From Eledone cirrhosa (Eukaryota), in assembly GCA_964016885.1 (NCBI GenBank), contig OZ024742.1, positions 169,694,001 to 169,758,000 of the forward strand: 64,000 nt of DNA, in the 5' to 3' direction. Under the pieces are notes generated by a model. That model was not told the DNA's origin, did no database searches, and saw nothing but the letters and a program-made list of their open reading frames with translations. Below, in pieces: positions 1-15,000 of the stretch. The first letter of the stretch is position 1. Every line of letters begins with the position of its first letter. The translations under genes were made by a program, and so were the position numbers.

Positions 1-3000
1 TGTTGTTACTACTACTCCAGTTGTTGTTACTACTACTCCAGTTGTTGTTACTACTACTCCTGTTGTTGTTACTACTACTCCTGTTGTTGTTACTACTACT
101 CCAGTTGTTGTTACTACTACTCCTGTTGTTGTTACTACTACTCCAGTTGTTGTTACTACTACTCCTGTTGTTGTTACTACTACACCAGTTGTTGTTAATA
201 CTACTCCTGTTGTTGTTACTACTACTCCAGTTGTTGTTACTACTGCTCCAGTTGTTGTTACTACTGCTCCTGTTGTTGTTACTACTACTCCAGTTATTGT
301 CACTACTGCTCCTGTTGTTGTTGTTGTTGTTGTTACTACTCCTGTTGTTGTTGTTGTTACTACTACTCCTGCTCTTGTTACTACTACTCCTGTTGTTGTT
401 ACTACTACTCCTGTTGTTGTTACTACTACTCCAGTTGTTGTTACTACTGCTCCAGTTGTTGTTACTACTGCTCGAGTTGTTGTTACTACTACTCTTGTTG
501 TTGTTACTACTACTCCTGTTGCTGTTACTACTACTCCTGTTGTTGTTACTACTACTCCTGTTGTTGTTACTACTGCTCCAGTTGTTGTTACTACTGCTCC
601 AGTTGTTGTTACTACTGCTCGAGTTGTTGTTACTACTACTCCTGCTGTTGTTACTACTACTCCTGTTGTTGTTACTACTACTCCTGTTGTTGTTGTTGTT
701 GTTGTTACTACTACTCCAGTTGTTGTTACTACTACTCCTGTTGTTGTTACTACTACTCCTGTTGTTGTTACTACTGCTCCATTTGTTGTTACTACTGCTC
801 CAGTTGTTCTTACTACTACTCCTGTTGTTGTTACTACTGCTCCTGTTGTTGTTGTTGTTGTTGTAGTTAATACTGCTCCTGTTGTTGTTACTACTGCTCC
901 TGTTGTTGTTACTACTACTCCTGTTGTTGTTACTACTGCTCCTGTTGTTGTTGTTATTGTTACTACTACTCCTGTTGTCGTTACTACTACTCCTGTTGTT
1001 GTTACTACTACTCCAGTTGTTGTTACTACTACTCCTGTTGTTGTTACTACTGCTCCAGCTGTTGTTACTACTACTCCAGTTGTTGTTACTACTACTCCTG
1101 TTGTTGTTACTACTACTCCAGTTGTCGTTACTACTCATCCTGTTGTTGTTACTACTGCTACATTTGTTGTTACTACTACTCCTGTCGTTGTTACTACTGC
1201 TCCTGTTGTTGTTGTTGTTGTTGTTGTTACTACTGCTCCTGTTGTTGTTACTACTACTCCAGTTGTTGTTACTACTCATCCTGTTGTTGTTACTACTGCT
1301 CCAGTTGTTGTTACTACTACTCCTGTTGTTGTTACTACTGCTCCTGTTGTTGTTGTTGTTGTTGTTGTTACTACTGCTCCTGTTGTTGTTACTACTACTC
1401 CAGTTGTTGTTGTTGTTACTACTACTCCTGTTGTTGTTACTACTGCTCCAGTTGTTGTTACTACTACTCCTGTTGTTGTTTCTACTACTCCTGTTGTTAC
1501 TACTGCTCCAGTTGTTGTTACTACTACTCCTGTTGTTGTTACTACTACTCCTGTTGTTTTTACTACTGCTCCTGTTGTTGTTGTTGTTTTTACTACTGCT
1601 CCAGTTGTTGTTACTACTGCTCCTGTTGTTGTTACTACTACTCCTTTTGTTGTTACTACTGCTCCTGTTGTTGTTACTACTACTCCTGTTGTTGTTGTTA
1701 CTACTACTCCTGTTGTTGTTACTACTGCTCCTGTTGTTGTTACTACTGCTCCAGTTGTTGTTACTACTGCTCCTGTTGTTGTTACTACTACTCCTGTGGT
1801 TGTTGTTACTACTACTCCTGTTGTTGTTACTACTGCTCCTGTTGTTGTTGTTACTACTACTCCTGTTGTTGTTACTACTACTCCAGTTGTTGTTACTACT
1901 GCTCCTGTTGTTGTTACTACTACTCCAGTTGTTGTTACTACTACTCCTGTTGTTGTTACTACTGCTCCTGTTGTTGTTACTACTACTCCCGTTGTTGTTA
2001 ATACTGCTCCTGTTGTTGTTACTACTGCTCCTGTTGTTGTTACTACTGCTCCTGTTGTTGTTACTACTACTCATGTTGTTACTACTACTCCTGTTGTTGT
2101 TACTACTGCTCCTGTTGTTGTTACTACTGCTCCAGTTGTTGTTACTACTGCTCCTGTTGTTGTTACTACTACTCCTGTGGTTGTTGTTACTACTACTCCT
2201 GTTGTTGTTACTACTGCTCCTGTTGTTGTTGTTACTACTTCTCCTGTTGTTGTTACTACTACTCCAGTTGTTGTTACTACTGCTCCTGTTGTTGTTACTA
2301 CTACTCATGTTGTTACTACTACACCTGTTGTTGTTACTACTGCTCCTGTTGTTGTTGTTGTTGTTACTACTACTCCTGTTGTTGTTACTACTACTCCAGT
2401 TGTTGTTACTACTGCTCCTGTTGTTGTTACTACTACTCCTGTTGTTGTTACTACTACTCCTGTTGTTGTTACTACTACTCCTGTTGTTGTTACTACTGCT
2501 CCTGTTGTTGTTACTACTACTCCTGTTGTTGTTACTACTACTCCTGTTGTTGTTACTACTACTCCTGTTGTTACTACTACTCCTGTTGCTGTTACTACTA
2601 CTCCTGTTGTAGTTGTTGTTTTTACTACTACTCCAGTTGTTGTTACTACTACTCCTGTTGTTGTTACTACTACTCCTGTTGTTGTTACTACAAATCCTGT
2701 TGTTGTTACTACTGCTCCAGTTGTTGTTACTACTGCTCCAGTTGTTGTTACTACTCCTCCAGTTGTTGTTACTACTACTCCAGTTGTTGTTACTTCTACT
2801 CCTGTTGTTGTTACTACTGCTCCTGTTGTTGTTGTTGTTGTTACTACTCCTGTTGTTGTTGTTGTTACTACTACTCCTGCTCTTGTTACTACTACTCCTG
2901 TTGTTGTTGTTCTTGTTACTACTATTCCTGTTCTTGTTACTACTACTCCTGTTGTTGTTACTACTACTCCTGTTGTTGTTACTACTACTCCTGTTGTTGT

Positions 3001-6000
3001 TACTACTGCTCCTGTTGTTGTTACTACTGCTCCAGTTGTTGTTACTACTACTCCTGTTGTTACTACTGCTCCTGTTGTTGTTGTTGTTGTTACAACTGCT
3101 CCAGTTGTTGTTACTACTGCTCCTGTTGTTGTTACTACTGCTCCAGTTGTTGTTACTACTGCTCCAGTTGTTGTTACTACTACTCCTGTTGTTGTTACTA
3201 CTACTCCAGTTGTTGTTACTACTACTCCTGTTGTTGTTACTATTACTCCTGTTGTTGTTGTTGTTGTTACTACTACTGCTGTTGTTGTTGTTGTTACTAC
3301 TAATCCTGTTGTTGTTACTACTACTCCTGTTGTTGTTACTACTACTCCTGTTGTTGTTACTACTACTCCAGTTGTTGTTGTTGTTGTTACTACTACTCCT
3401 GTTGTTGTTACTACTACTCCTGTTGTTGTTACTACTACACCTGTTGTTGTTTTGTTGTTACTACTACTCCTGTTGTTGTTACTACTACTCCTGTTGTTGT
3501 TGTTACTACTACTCCTCTTGTTGTTACTACTACTCCTGTTGTTGTTACTACTACTCCTGTTGTTATTACTACTACTCCAGTTGTTGTTACTACTACTCAT
3601 GTTGTTGTTACTACTGCTACTGTTGTTGTTACTACTACTCCAGTTGTTGTTACTACTACTCCTGTTGTTGTTGTTCTTGTTACTACTACTCCTGTTGTTG
3701 TTACTACTACTCCTGTTGTTGTTACTACTACTCCTGTTGTTGTTAGTACTACTCCAGTTGTTGTTACTACTGCTCCTGTTGTTGTTACTACTACTCCTGT
3801 TGTTGTTACTACTACTCCTGTTGTTGTTGTTGTTGTTACTACTACTCCTGTTTTTGTTACTACTGCTCCTGTTGTTGTTACTACTGCTCCAGTTGTTGTT
3901 ACTACTGCTCCAGTTGTTGTTACTACTACTCCTGTTGTTGTTACTACCGCTCCAGCTGTTGTTACTACTGCTCCAGTTGTTGTTACTACTACTCCAGTTG
4001 TTGTTAATACTACTCCTGTTGTTGTTACTACTACTCTAGTTGTTGTTACTACTACTCCAGTTGTTACTACTTCTCCTGTTGTTGTTACTACTACTCCTGT
4101 TGTTGTTACTACGACTCCTGTTGTTGTTACTACTACTCCAGTTGTTGTCACTACTACTCCAGTTGTTGTTACTACTACTCCTGTTGTTGTTACTACTACT
4201 CCTGTTGTTACTACTGCTCCTGTTGTTGTTACTACTACTCCTGTTGTTGTTACTACTACTCCTGTTGTTGTTACTACTACTCCTGTTGTTGTTACTACTG
4301 CTCCAATTGTCGTTACTACTACTCCTGTTGTTGTTACTACTACTCCTTTTGTTGTTGTTGTAGTTACTACTACTCCTGTTGTTGTTACTTCTACTCCTGT
4401 TGTTGTTACTACTACTCCTGTTGTTGTTACTACTACTCCAGTTGTTGTTGTTACTACTCCTGTTGTTGTTACTACTACTCCTGTTGTTGTTACTACTACT
4501 CCTGTTGTTGTTACTACTACTCCTGTCGTTGTTGTTGTTGTTACTAATGCTCCTGTTGTTGTTACGACTACTCCTGTTGTTGTTACTACTGCTCCTGTTG
4601 TTGTTACTACTCCTGTTGTTGTTACTACTACTCCAGTTGTTGTTGTCATTGTTAATAGTACTCCTGTTGTTGTTACTACTACACCTGTTGTTGTTGTTGT
4701 TGTTACTACTACTCCTGTTGTTGTTACTACTACTCCAGTTGTTGTTACTACTACTCCTGTTGTTGTTACTACTACTCCAGTTGTTGTTACTACTACTCCT
4801 GTTGTTTTTACTACTACTCCAGTTGTTGTTACTACTACTCCTGTTGTTGTTACTACTACTCCTGTTGTTGTTACTACTACTCCTGTTGTTGTTACTACTG
4901 CTCCAGTTGTTGTTACTACTGCTCCAGTTGTTGTTACTACTCCTCCAGTTGTTGTTACTACTACTCCAGTTGTTGTTACTTCTACTCCTGTTGTTGTTAC
5001 TACTGCTCCTGTTGTTGTTGTTGTTGTTACTACTCCTGTTGTTGTTGTTGTTACTACTACTCCTGCTCTTGTTACTACTACTCCTGTTGTTGTTGTTCTT
5101 GTTACTACTATTCCTGTTCTTGTTACTACTACTCCTGTTGTTGTTTCTACTACTCCTGTTGTTGTTACTACTACTCCTGTTGTTGTTACTACTGCTCCTG
5201 TTGTTGTTACTACTGCTCGAGTTGTTGTTACTATTACTCCAGTTGTTGTTACTACTGCTCCAGTTGTTGTTACTACTACTCCTGTTGTTACTACTGCTCC
5301 TGTTGTTGTTGTTGTTGTTACAACTGCTCCAGTTGTTGTTACTACTGCTCCTGTTGTTGTTACTACTGCTCCAGTTGTTGTTACTACTGCTCCAGTTGTT
5401 GTTACTACTACTCCTGTTGTTGTTACTACTACTCCAGTTGTTGTTACTACTACTCCTGTTGTTGTTACTACTACTCCTGTTGTTGTTACTACTACTCCTG
5501 TCGTTGTTGTTGTTGTTACTAATGCTCCTGTTGTTGTTACGACTACTCCTGTTGTTGTTACTACTGCTCCTGTTGTTGTTACTACTCCTGTTGTTTTTAC
5601 TACTACTCCAGTTGTTGTGGTCATTGTTAATAGTACTCCTGTTGTTGTTACTACTACACCTGTTGTTGTTGTTGTTGTTACTACTACTCCTGTTGTTGTT
5701 ACTACTACTCCAGTTGTTGTTACTACTGCTCCTGTTGTTGTTACTACTACTCCAGTTGTTGTTACTACTACTCCAGTTGTTGTTACTACTACTCCTGTTG
5801 TTGTTACTACTACTCCTGTTGTTGTTACTACTACTCCAGTTGTTGTTACTACTACTCCTGTTGTTGTTACTACTACTCCAGTTGTTGTTACTACTACTGT
5901 TGTTGTTACTACTACACCAGTTGTTGTTAATACTACTCCTGTTGTTGTTACTACTACTCCAGTTGTTGTTACTACTGCTCCAGTTGTTGTTACTACTGCT

Positions 6001-9000
6001 CCTGTTGTTGTTACTACTACGCCAGTTGTTGTCACTACTGCTCCTGTTATTGTTACTACTACTCCTGTTGTTGTTACTACTACTCCTGTTGTTGTTACCA
6101 CTACTCCTGTTGTTACTACTACTCCAGTTGTTGTTACTACTACTCCTGTTGTTGTTACTACTACTCCAGTTGTTGTTACTACTACTCCAGTTGTTGTTGT
6201 TGTTGTTACTACTACTCCTGTTGTTGTTGTTGTTGTTGTTACTACTACTCCTGTTGTTGTTACTACTGCTCCTGTTGTTGTTACTACTACTCCTGTTGTT
6301 GTTACTACTGCTCCTGTTGTTGTTACTACTACTCCTGTTGTTGTTGTTGATACTACTGCTCCTGTTGTTGTTACTACTGCTCCAGTTGTTGTTGTTGTTA
6401 TTACTACTACTCCTGTTGTTGTTACTACAACTCCAGTTGTTGTTACTACTACTCCAGTTGTTGTTACTACTACTCCAGTTGTTGTTACTACTACTCCAGT
6501 TGTTGTTACTACTACTCCTGTTGTTGTTGTTCTTGTTACTACTACCCCTGTTGTTGTTACTACTACTCCTGTTGTTGTTACTACTACTCCTGTTGTTGTT
6601 ACTACTACTCCAGTTGTTGTTACTACTACTCCTGTTGTTGTTGTTCTTGTTACTACTACTCCTGTTGTTGTTACTACTACTCCTGTTGTTGTTACTACTA
6701 CTCCAGTTGTTGTTGTTCTTGTTACTACTACTCCTGTTGTTGTTACTACTACTCCTGTTGTTGTTACTACTACTCCTGTTGTTGTTACTACTACTCCAGT
6801 TGTTGTTACTACTACTCCTGTTGTTGTTGTTCTTGTTACTACTACTCCTGTTGTTGTTACTACTACTCCTGTTGTTGTTACAACTACTCCTGTTGTTGTT
6901 ACTACTACTCCTGTTGTTGTTACTACTACTCCAGTTGTTGTTACTACTGCTCCTGTTGTTGTTACTACTACTCCTGTTGTTGTTACTACTACTCCTGTTG
7001 TTGTTGTTGTTACTACTACTCCTGTTTTTGTTACTACTGCTCCTGTTGTTGTTACTACTGCTCCAGTTGTTGTTACTACTGCTCCAGTTGTTGTTACTAC
7101 TACTCCTGTTGTTGTTACTACTACTCCAGTTGTTGTTACTACTACTCCTGTTGTTGTTACTACTACTCCAGTTGTTGTTACTACTACTCCTGTTGTTGTT
7201 ACTACTACACCAGTTGTTGTTAATACTACTCCTGTTGTTGTTACTACTACTCCAGTTGTTGTTACTACTGCTCCAGTTGTTGTTACTACTGCTCCTGTTG
7301 TTGTTACTACTACTCCAGTTGTTGTCACTACTGCTCCTGTTGTTGTTACTACTACTCCTGTTGTTGTTACTACTACTCCTGTTGTTGTTACCACTACTCC
7401 TGTTGTTGTTACTACTACTCCTGTTGTTGTTACTACTACTCCAGTTGTTGTTACTACTGCTCCTGTTGTTGTTACTACTACTCCTGTTTTTGTTACTACT
7501 ACTCCAGTTGTTACTACTGCTCCTGTTGTTGTTACTACTACTCCAGTTGTTGTTACTACTACTCCTGTTGTTGTTACTACTACTCCAGTTGTTGTTACTA
7601 CTGCTCCTGTTGTTGTTACTACTACTCCTGTTGTTGTTACTACTACTCCTGTTGTTGTTACTACTACTCCTGTTGTTGTTACTACTACTCCAGTTGTTGT
7701 TACTACTGCACCTGTTGTTGTTACTACTACTCCTGTTGTTGTTACTACTACTCCTGTTGTTGTTACTACTACTCCTGTTGTTGTTACTACTACTCCAGTT
7801 GTTTTTACTACTGCTCCTGTTGTTGTTACTACTACTCCTGTTGTTGTTACTACTACTCCAGTTGTTGTTACTACTACTCCTGTTGTTGTTACTACTACTC
7901 CTGTTGTTGTTACTACTACTCCTGTTGTTGTTGTTGTTGTTACTACTCCTCCTGTTGTTGTTACTACTACTCCTGTTGTTGTTACTACTACTACAGTTGT
8001 TGTTTTTGTTGTTACTACTACTCCAGTTGTTGTTACTACTACTCCTGTTGTTGTTACTACTACTCCTGTTGTTGTTACTACTACTCCAGTTGTTGTTACT
8101 ACTACTCCTGTTGTTGTTACTACTACTCCTGTTGTTGTTGTTGATGTTACTACTACTCCTGTTGTTGTTACTACTACTCCAGTTGTTGTTACTACTACTC
8201 CAGTTGATGTTACTACTACTCCAGTTGATGTTACTACTACTCCTGTTGTTGTTACTACTACTCCAGTTGTTGTTACTACTACTCCTGTTGTTGTTACTAC
8301 TACACCAGTTGTTGTTACTACTACTCCTGTTGTTGTTGTTGTTGTTACTACTAATCCTGTTGTTGTTACTACTACTCCAGTTGTTGTTACTACTACTCCA
8401 GTTGTTGTTACTACTACTCCAGTTGATGTTACTACTACTCCTGTTGTTGTTACTACTACTCCAGTTGTTGTTACTACTACTCCTGTTGTTGTTACTACTA
8501 CACCAGTTGTTGTTACTACTACTCCTGTTGTTGTTGTTGTTGTTGTTACTACTACTCCTGTTGTTGTTACTACTACTCCTGTTGTTGTTACTACTACACC
8601 AGTTGTTGTTACTACTACTCCTGTTGTTGTTGTTGTTGTTACTACTACTCCAGTTGTTGTTACTACTGCTCCAGTTGTTGTTACTACTACTCCTGTTGTT
8701 GTTACTACTACTCCAGTTGTTGTTACTACTACTCCTGTTGTTGTTACTACTACTCCAGTTGTTGTTACTACTACTCCAGTTGTTGTTGTTGTTGTTACTA
8801 CTACTCCTGTTGTTGTTGTTGTTGTTGTTACTACTACTCCTGTTGTTGTTACTACTGCCCCTGTTGTTGTTACTACTACTCCTGTTGTTGTTACTACTGC
8901 TCCTGTTGTTGTTACTACTACTCCTGTTGTTGTTGTTGATACTACTGCTCCTGTTGTTGTTACTACTGCTCCAGTTGTTGTTGTTGTTATTACTACTACT

Positions 9001-12000
9001 CCTGTTGTTGTTACTACAACTCCAGTTGTTGTTACTACTACTCCTGTTGTTGTTACTACTACTCCTGTTGTTGTTACTACTACTCCAGTTGTTGTTACTA
9101 CTGCTCCTGTTGTTGTTACTACTACTCCTGTTGTTGTTACTACTACTCCTGTTGTTGTTACTACTACTCCTGTTGTTGTTACTACTACTCCAGTTGTTGT
9201 TACTACTGCTCCTGTTGTTGTTACTACTACTCCTGTTGTTGTTACTACTACTCCAGTTGTTGTTACTACTACTCCTGTTGTTGTTACTACTACTCCTGTT
9301 GTTGTTACTACTACTCCTGTTGTTGTTGTTGTTGTTACTACTCCTCCTGTTGTTGTTACTACTACTCCTGTTGTTGTTACTACTACTCCAGTTGTTGTTA
9401 CTACTACTCCTGTTCTTGTTACTACTACTCCTGTTGTTGTTACTACTACTCCAGTTGTTGTTACTACTACTCCTGTTGTTGTTACTACTACTCCTGTTGT
9501 TGTTGTTGTTACTACTACTCCTGTTGTTGTTACTACTACTCCAGTTGTTGTTACTACTACTCCAGTTGATGTTACTACTACTCCAGTTGATGTTACTACT
9601 ACTCCTGTTGTTGTTACTACTACTCCAGTTGTTGTTACTACTACTCCTGTTGTTGTTACTACTACACCAGTTGTTGTTACTACTAATCCTGTTGTTGTTG
9701 TTGTTGTTACTACTAATCCTGTTGTTGTTACTACTACTCCAGTTGTTGTTACTACTACTCCAGTTGTTGTTACTACTACTCCAGTTGATGTTACTACTAC
9801 TCCTGTTGTTGTTACTACTACTCCAGTTGTTGTTACCTACTACTCCTGTTGTTGTTACTACTACACCAGTTGTTGTTACTACTACTCCTGTTGTTGTTGT
9901 TGTTGTTACTACTACTCCTGTTGTTGTTACTACTACTCCTGTTGTTGTTACTACTACACCAGTTGTTGTTACTACTACTCCTGTTGTTGTTGTTGTTACT
10001 ACTACTCCAGTTGTTGTTACTACTGCTCCAGTTGTTGTTACTACTACTCCTGTTGTTGTTACTACTACTCCAGTTGTTGTTACTACTACTCCTGTTGTTG
10101 TTACTACTACTCCAGTTGTTGTTACTACTACTCCAGTTGTTGTTGTTGTTGTTACTTCTACTCCTGTTGTTGTTGTTGTTGTTGTTACTACTACTCCTGT
10201 TGTTGTTACTACTGCTCCTGTTGTTGTTACTACTACTCCTGTTGTTGTTACTACTGCTACTGTTGTTGTTACTACTACTCCTGTTGTTGTTGTTGATACT
10301 ACTGCTCCTGTTGTTGTTACTACTGCTCCAGTTGTTGTTGTTGTTATTACTACTACTCCTGTTGTTGTTACTACAACTCTAGTTGTTGTTACTACTACTC
10401 CAGTTGTTGTTACTACTACTCCAGTTGTTGTTACTACTACTCCAGTTGTTGTTACTACTACTCCTGTTGTTGTTGTTCTGGTTACTACTACTCCTGTTGT
10501 TGTTACTACTACTCCTGTTGTTGTTACTACTACTCCTGTTGTTGTTACTACTACTCCAGTTGTTGTTACTACTACTCCTGTTGTTGTTGTTCTTGTTACT
10601 ACTACTCCTGTTGTTGTTACTACTACTCCTGTTGTTGTTACTACTACTCCAGTTGTTGTTGTTCTTGTTACTACTACTCCTGTTGTTGTTACTACTACTC
10701 CTGTTGTTGTTACTACTACTCCTGTTGTTGTTACTACTATTCCAGTTGTTGTTACTACTACTCCTGTTGTTGTTGTTCTTGTTACTACTACTCCTGTTGT
10801 TGTTACTACTACTCCTGTTGTTGTTACTACTACTCCAGTTGTTGTTGTTGTTATTACTACTACTCCTGTTGTTGTTACTACAACTCCAGTTGTTGTTACT
10901 ACTACTCCAGTTGTTGTTACTACTACTCCAGTTGTTGTTACTACTACTCCAGTTGTTGTTACTACTACTCCTGTTGTTGTTGTTCTTGTTACTACTACTC
11001 CTGTTGTTGTTACTACTACTCCTGTTGTTGTTACTACTACTCCTGTTGTTGTTACTACTACTCCTGTTGTTGTTACTACTACTCCAGTTGTTGTTACTAC
11101 TGCTCCTGTTGTTGTTACTACTGCTCCTGTTGTTACTACTGCTCCTGTTGTTGTTACTACTACTCCTGTTGTTGTTGTTGTTACTACTACTCCTGTTTTT
11201 GTTACTACTGCTCTTGTTGTTGTTACTACTGCTCCAGTTGTTGTTACTACTGCTCCAGTTGTTGTTACTACTACTCCTGTTGTTGTTACTACTACCTGTT
11301 GTTGTTACTACTACACCTGTTGTTGTTACTACTACTCCAGTTGTTGTTACTACTGCTCCAGTTGTTGTTACTACTGCTCCTGTTGTTGTTACTACTACTC
11401 CTGTTGTTGTTACTACTACTCCAGTTGTTGTTGTTACTACTACTCCAGTTCTTGTTACTACTACTCCTGTTGTTGTTACTACTACTCCAGTTGTTGTTGT
11501 TACTAGTACTCCAGTTGTTGTTACTACTACTCCAGATGTTGTTACTACTACTCCTGTTGTTGTTACTACTACTCCAGTTGTTGTTACTACTACTCCTGTT
11601 GTTGTTACTACTGCTCCTGTTATTGTTACTACTGCTCCAGTTGTTGTTACTACTGCTCCTGTTGTTGTTACTACTACCTGTTGTTGTTACTACTACACCT
11701 GTTGTTGTTACTACTACTCCAGTTGTTGTTACTACTGCTCCAGTTGTTGTTACTACTGCTCCTGTTGTTGTTACTACTACTCCAGTTGTTGTTATTACTG
11801 CTCCAGTTGTTGTTACTACTACTCCTGTTGTTGTTACTACTACTCCTGTTGTTGTTGTTGTTACTACTGCTCCAGTTGTTGTTACTACTGCTCCTGTTGT
11901 TGTTACTACTACTCCTGTTGTTGTTACTACTACTCCAGTTGTTATTACTACTGCTCCTGTTGTTGTTACTACTACTCCAGTTGTTGTTACTACTACTCCT

Positions 12001-15000
12001 GTTGTTGTTACTACTACTCCAGTTGTTGTTACTACTGCTCCTGTTGTTGTTACTACTACTCCTGTTGTCGTTACTACTACTCCAGTTGTTGTTACTACTG
12101 CTCCTGTTGTTGTTACTACTACTCCTGTTGTTGTTACTACTACTCCAGTTGTTGTTACTACTACTCATGTTGTTGTTACTACTACTCCTGTTGTTGTTAC
12201 TACTACTCCTGTTGTTGTTGTTGTTGTTACTACTCCTCCTGTTGTTGTTACTACTACTCCTGTTGTTGTTACTACTACTCCAGTTGTTGTTGTTGTTACT
12301 ACTACTCCAGTTGTTGTTACTACTACTCCTGTTGTTACTACTACTCCAGTTGTTGTTACTACTACTCCAGTTGTTGTTACTACTACTCCTGTTGTTACTA
12401 CTACTCCAGTTGTTGTTACTACTACTCCTGTTGTTACTACTACTCCTGTTGTTGTTACTACTACTCCTGTTGATGTTACTACTACTCCTGTTGTTGTTGT
12501 TGTTGTTGTTACTACTACTCCTGTTGTTGTTACTACTACTCCTGTTGTTGTTACTACTACTCCAGTTGTTGTTACTACTTCTCCAGTTGTTGTTGTTGTT
12601 ACTACTACTCCTGTTGTTGTTACTACTACTCCTGTTGTTGTTGTTGTTGTTGTTGTTGTTACTACTACTCCTGTTGTTGTTACTACTACTCCTGTTGTTG
12701 TTACTACTACTCCAGTTGTTGTTACTACTACTCCAGTTGTTGTTACTACTACTCCAGTTGTTGTTACTACTACTCCTGTTGTTGTTGTTGTTACTACTTC
12801 TCCTGTTGTTGTTACTACTACTCCAGTTGTTACTACTGCTCCTGTTGTTGTTACTACTGCTCCTGTTGTTGTTACTACTACTCCTGTTGTTGTTACTACT
12901 ACTCCAGTTGTTGTTACTACTGCTCCAGTTGTTGTTACTACCGCTCCTGTTGTTGTTACTACTACTCCAGTTGTTGTTGTTGTTATTACTACTACTCCTG
13001 TTGTTGTTACTACTACTCCAGTTGTTGTTACTACTGCTCCTGTTGTTGTTACTACTACTCCAGTTGTTGTTGTTGTTACTACTACTCCTGTTGTTGTTAC
13101 TACTCCTCCTGTTGTTGTTACTACTACTCCAGTTGTTGTTGTTGTTGTTGTTGTTACTACTACTCCTGTTGTTGTTACTACTACTCCTGTTGTTGTTACT
13201 ACTACTCCTGTTGTTGTTACTACTACTCCTGTTGTTGTTACTACTACTCCTGTTGTTGTTACTACTACTCCAGTTGTTGTTACTACTACTCCAGTTGTTG
13301 TTACTACTACTCCTGTTGTTGTTACTACTACTCCAGTTGTTGTTGTTACTACTACTCCAGTTCTTGTTACTACTACTCCTGTTGTTGTTACTACTACTCC
13401 AGTTGTTGTTGTTACTAGTACTCCAGTTGTTGTTACTACTACTCCAGATGTTGTTACTACTACTCCTGTTGTTGTTACTACTACTCCAGTTGTTGTTACT
13501 ACTACTCCTGTTGTTGTTACTACTACTCCTGTTGTTGTTACTACTGCTCCAGTTGTTGTTACTACTACTCCTGTTGTTGTTACTACTACCTGTTGTTGTT
13601 ACTACTACACCTGTTGTTGTTACTACTACTCCAGTTGTTGTTACTACTGCTCCAGTTGTTGTTACTACTGCTCCTGTTGTTGTAACTACTACTCCAGTTG
13701 TTGTTATTACTGCTCCAGTTGTTGTTACTACTCCTCCTGTTGTTGTTACTACTACTCCTGTTGTTGTTACTACTACTCCAGTTGTTGTTGTTGTTGTTAC
13801 TACTACTCCAGTTGTTGTTACTACTACTCCTGTTGTTACTACTACTCCAGTTGTTGTTACTACTACTCCTGTTGTTACTACTACTCCTGTTGTTGTTACT
13901 ACTACTCCTGTTGTTGTTACTACTACTTCTGTTGTTGTTACTACTACTCCAGTTGTTGTTGTTACTACTCCTGTTGTTGTTACTACTACTCCTGTTGATG
14001 TTACTACTACTCCTGTTGTTGTTGTTGTTGTTGTTACTACTACTCCTGTTGTTGTTACTACTACTCCTGTTGTTGTTACTACTACTCCAGTTGTTGTTAC
14101 TACTTCTCCAGTTGTTGTTGTTGTTGTTACTACTACTCCTGTTGTTGTTACTACTACTCCTGTTGATGTTACTACTACTCCTGTTGTTGTTGTTGTTGTT
14201 GTTGTTACTACTACTCCTGTTGTTGTTACTACTACTCCTGTTGTTGTTACTACTACTCCAGTTGTTGTTACTACTACTCCAGTTGTTGTTACTACTGCTC
14301 CAGTTGTTGTTACTACTGCTCCTGTTGTTGTTACTACTACTCCAGTTGTTGTTACTACTACTCCTGTTGTTGTTGTTGTTACTACTTCTCCTGTTGTTGT
14401 TACTACTACTCCAGTTGTTACTACTGCTCCTGTTGTTGTTACTACTGCTCCTGTTGTTGTTACTACTACTCCTGTTGTTGTTACTACTACTCCAGTTGTT
14501 GTTACTACTGCTCCAGTTGTTGTTACTACCGCTCCTGTTGTTGTTACTACTACTCCAGTTGTTGTTGTTGTTATTACTACTACTCCTGTTGTTGTTACTA
14601 CTACTCCAGTTGTTGTTACTACTGCTCCTGTTGTTGTTACTACTACTCCAGTTGTTGTTGTTGTTACTACTACTCCTGTTGTTGTTACTACTCCTCCTGT
14701 TGTTGTTACTACTACTCCAGTTGTTGTTGTTGTTGTTGTTGTTACTACTACTCCTGTTGTTGTTGTTGTTGTTGTTGTTACTACTATTCCTGTTGTTGTT
14801 ACTCCACCTCCTGTTGTTGTTGTTGTTACTACTACTCCTGTTGTTGTTACTACTACTCCTGTTGTTGTTACTACTACTCCTGTTGTTGTTACTACTACAC
14901 CTGTTGTTGTTACTACTACTCCTGTTGTTGTTACTACTACTCCTGTTGTTGTTACTACTACTCCTGTTGTTGTTACTACTACTCCTGTTGTTGTTACTAC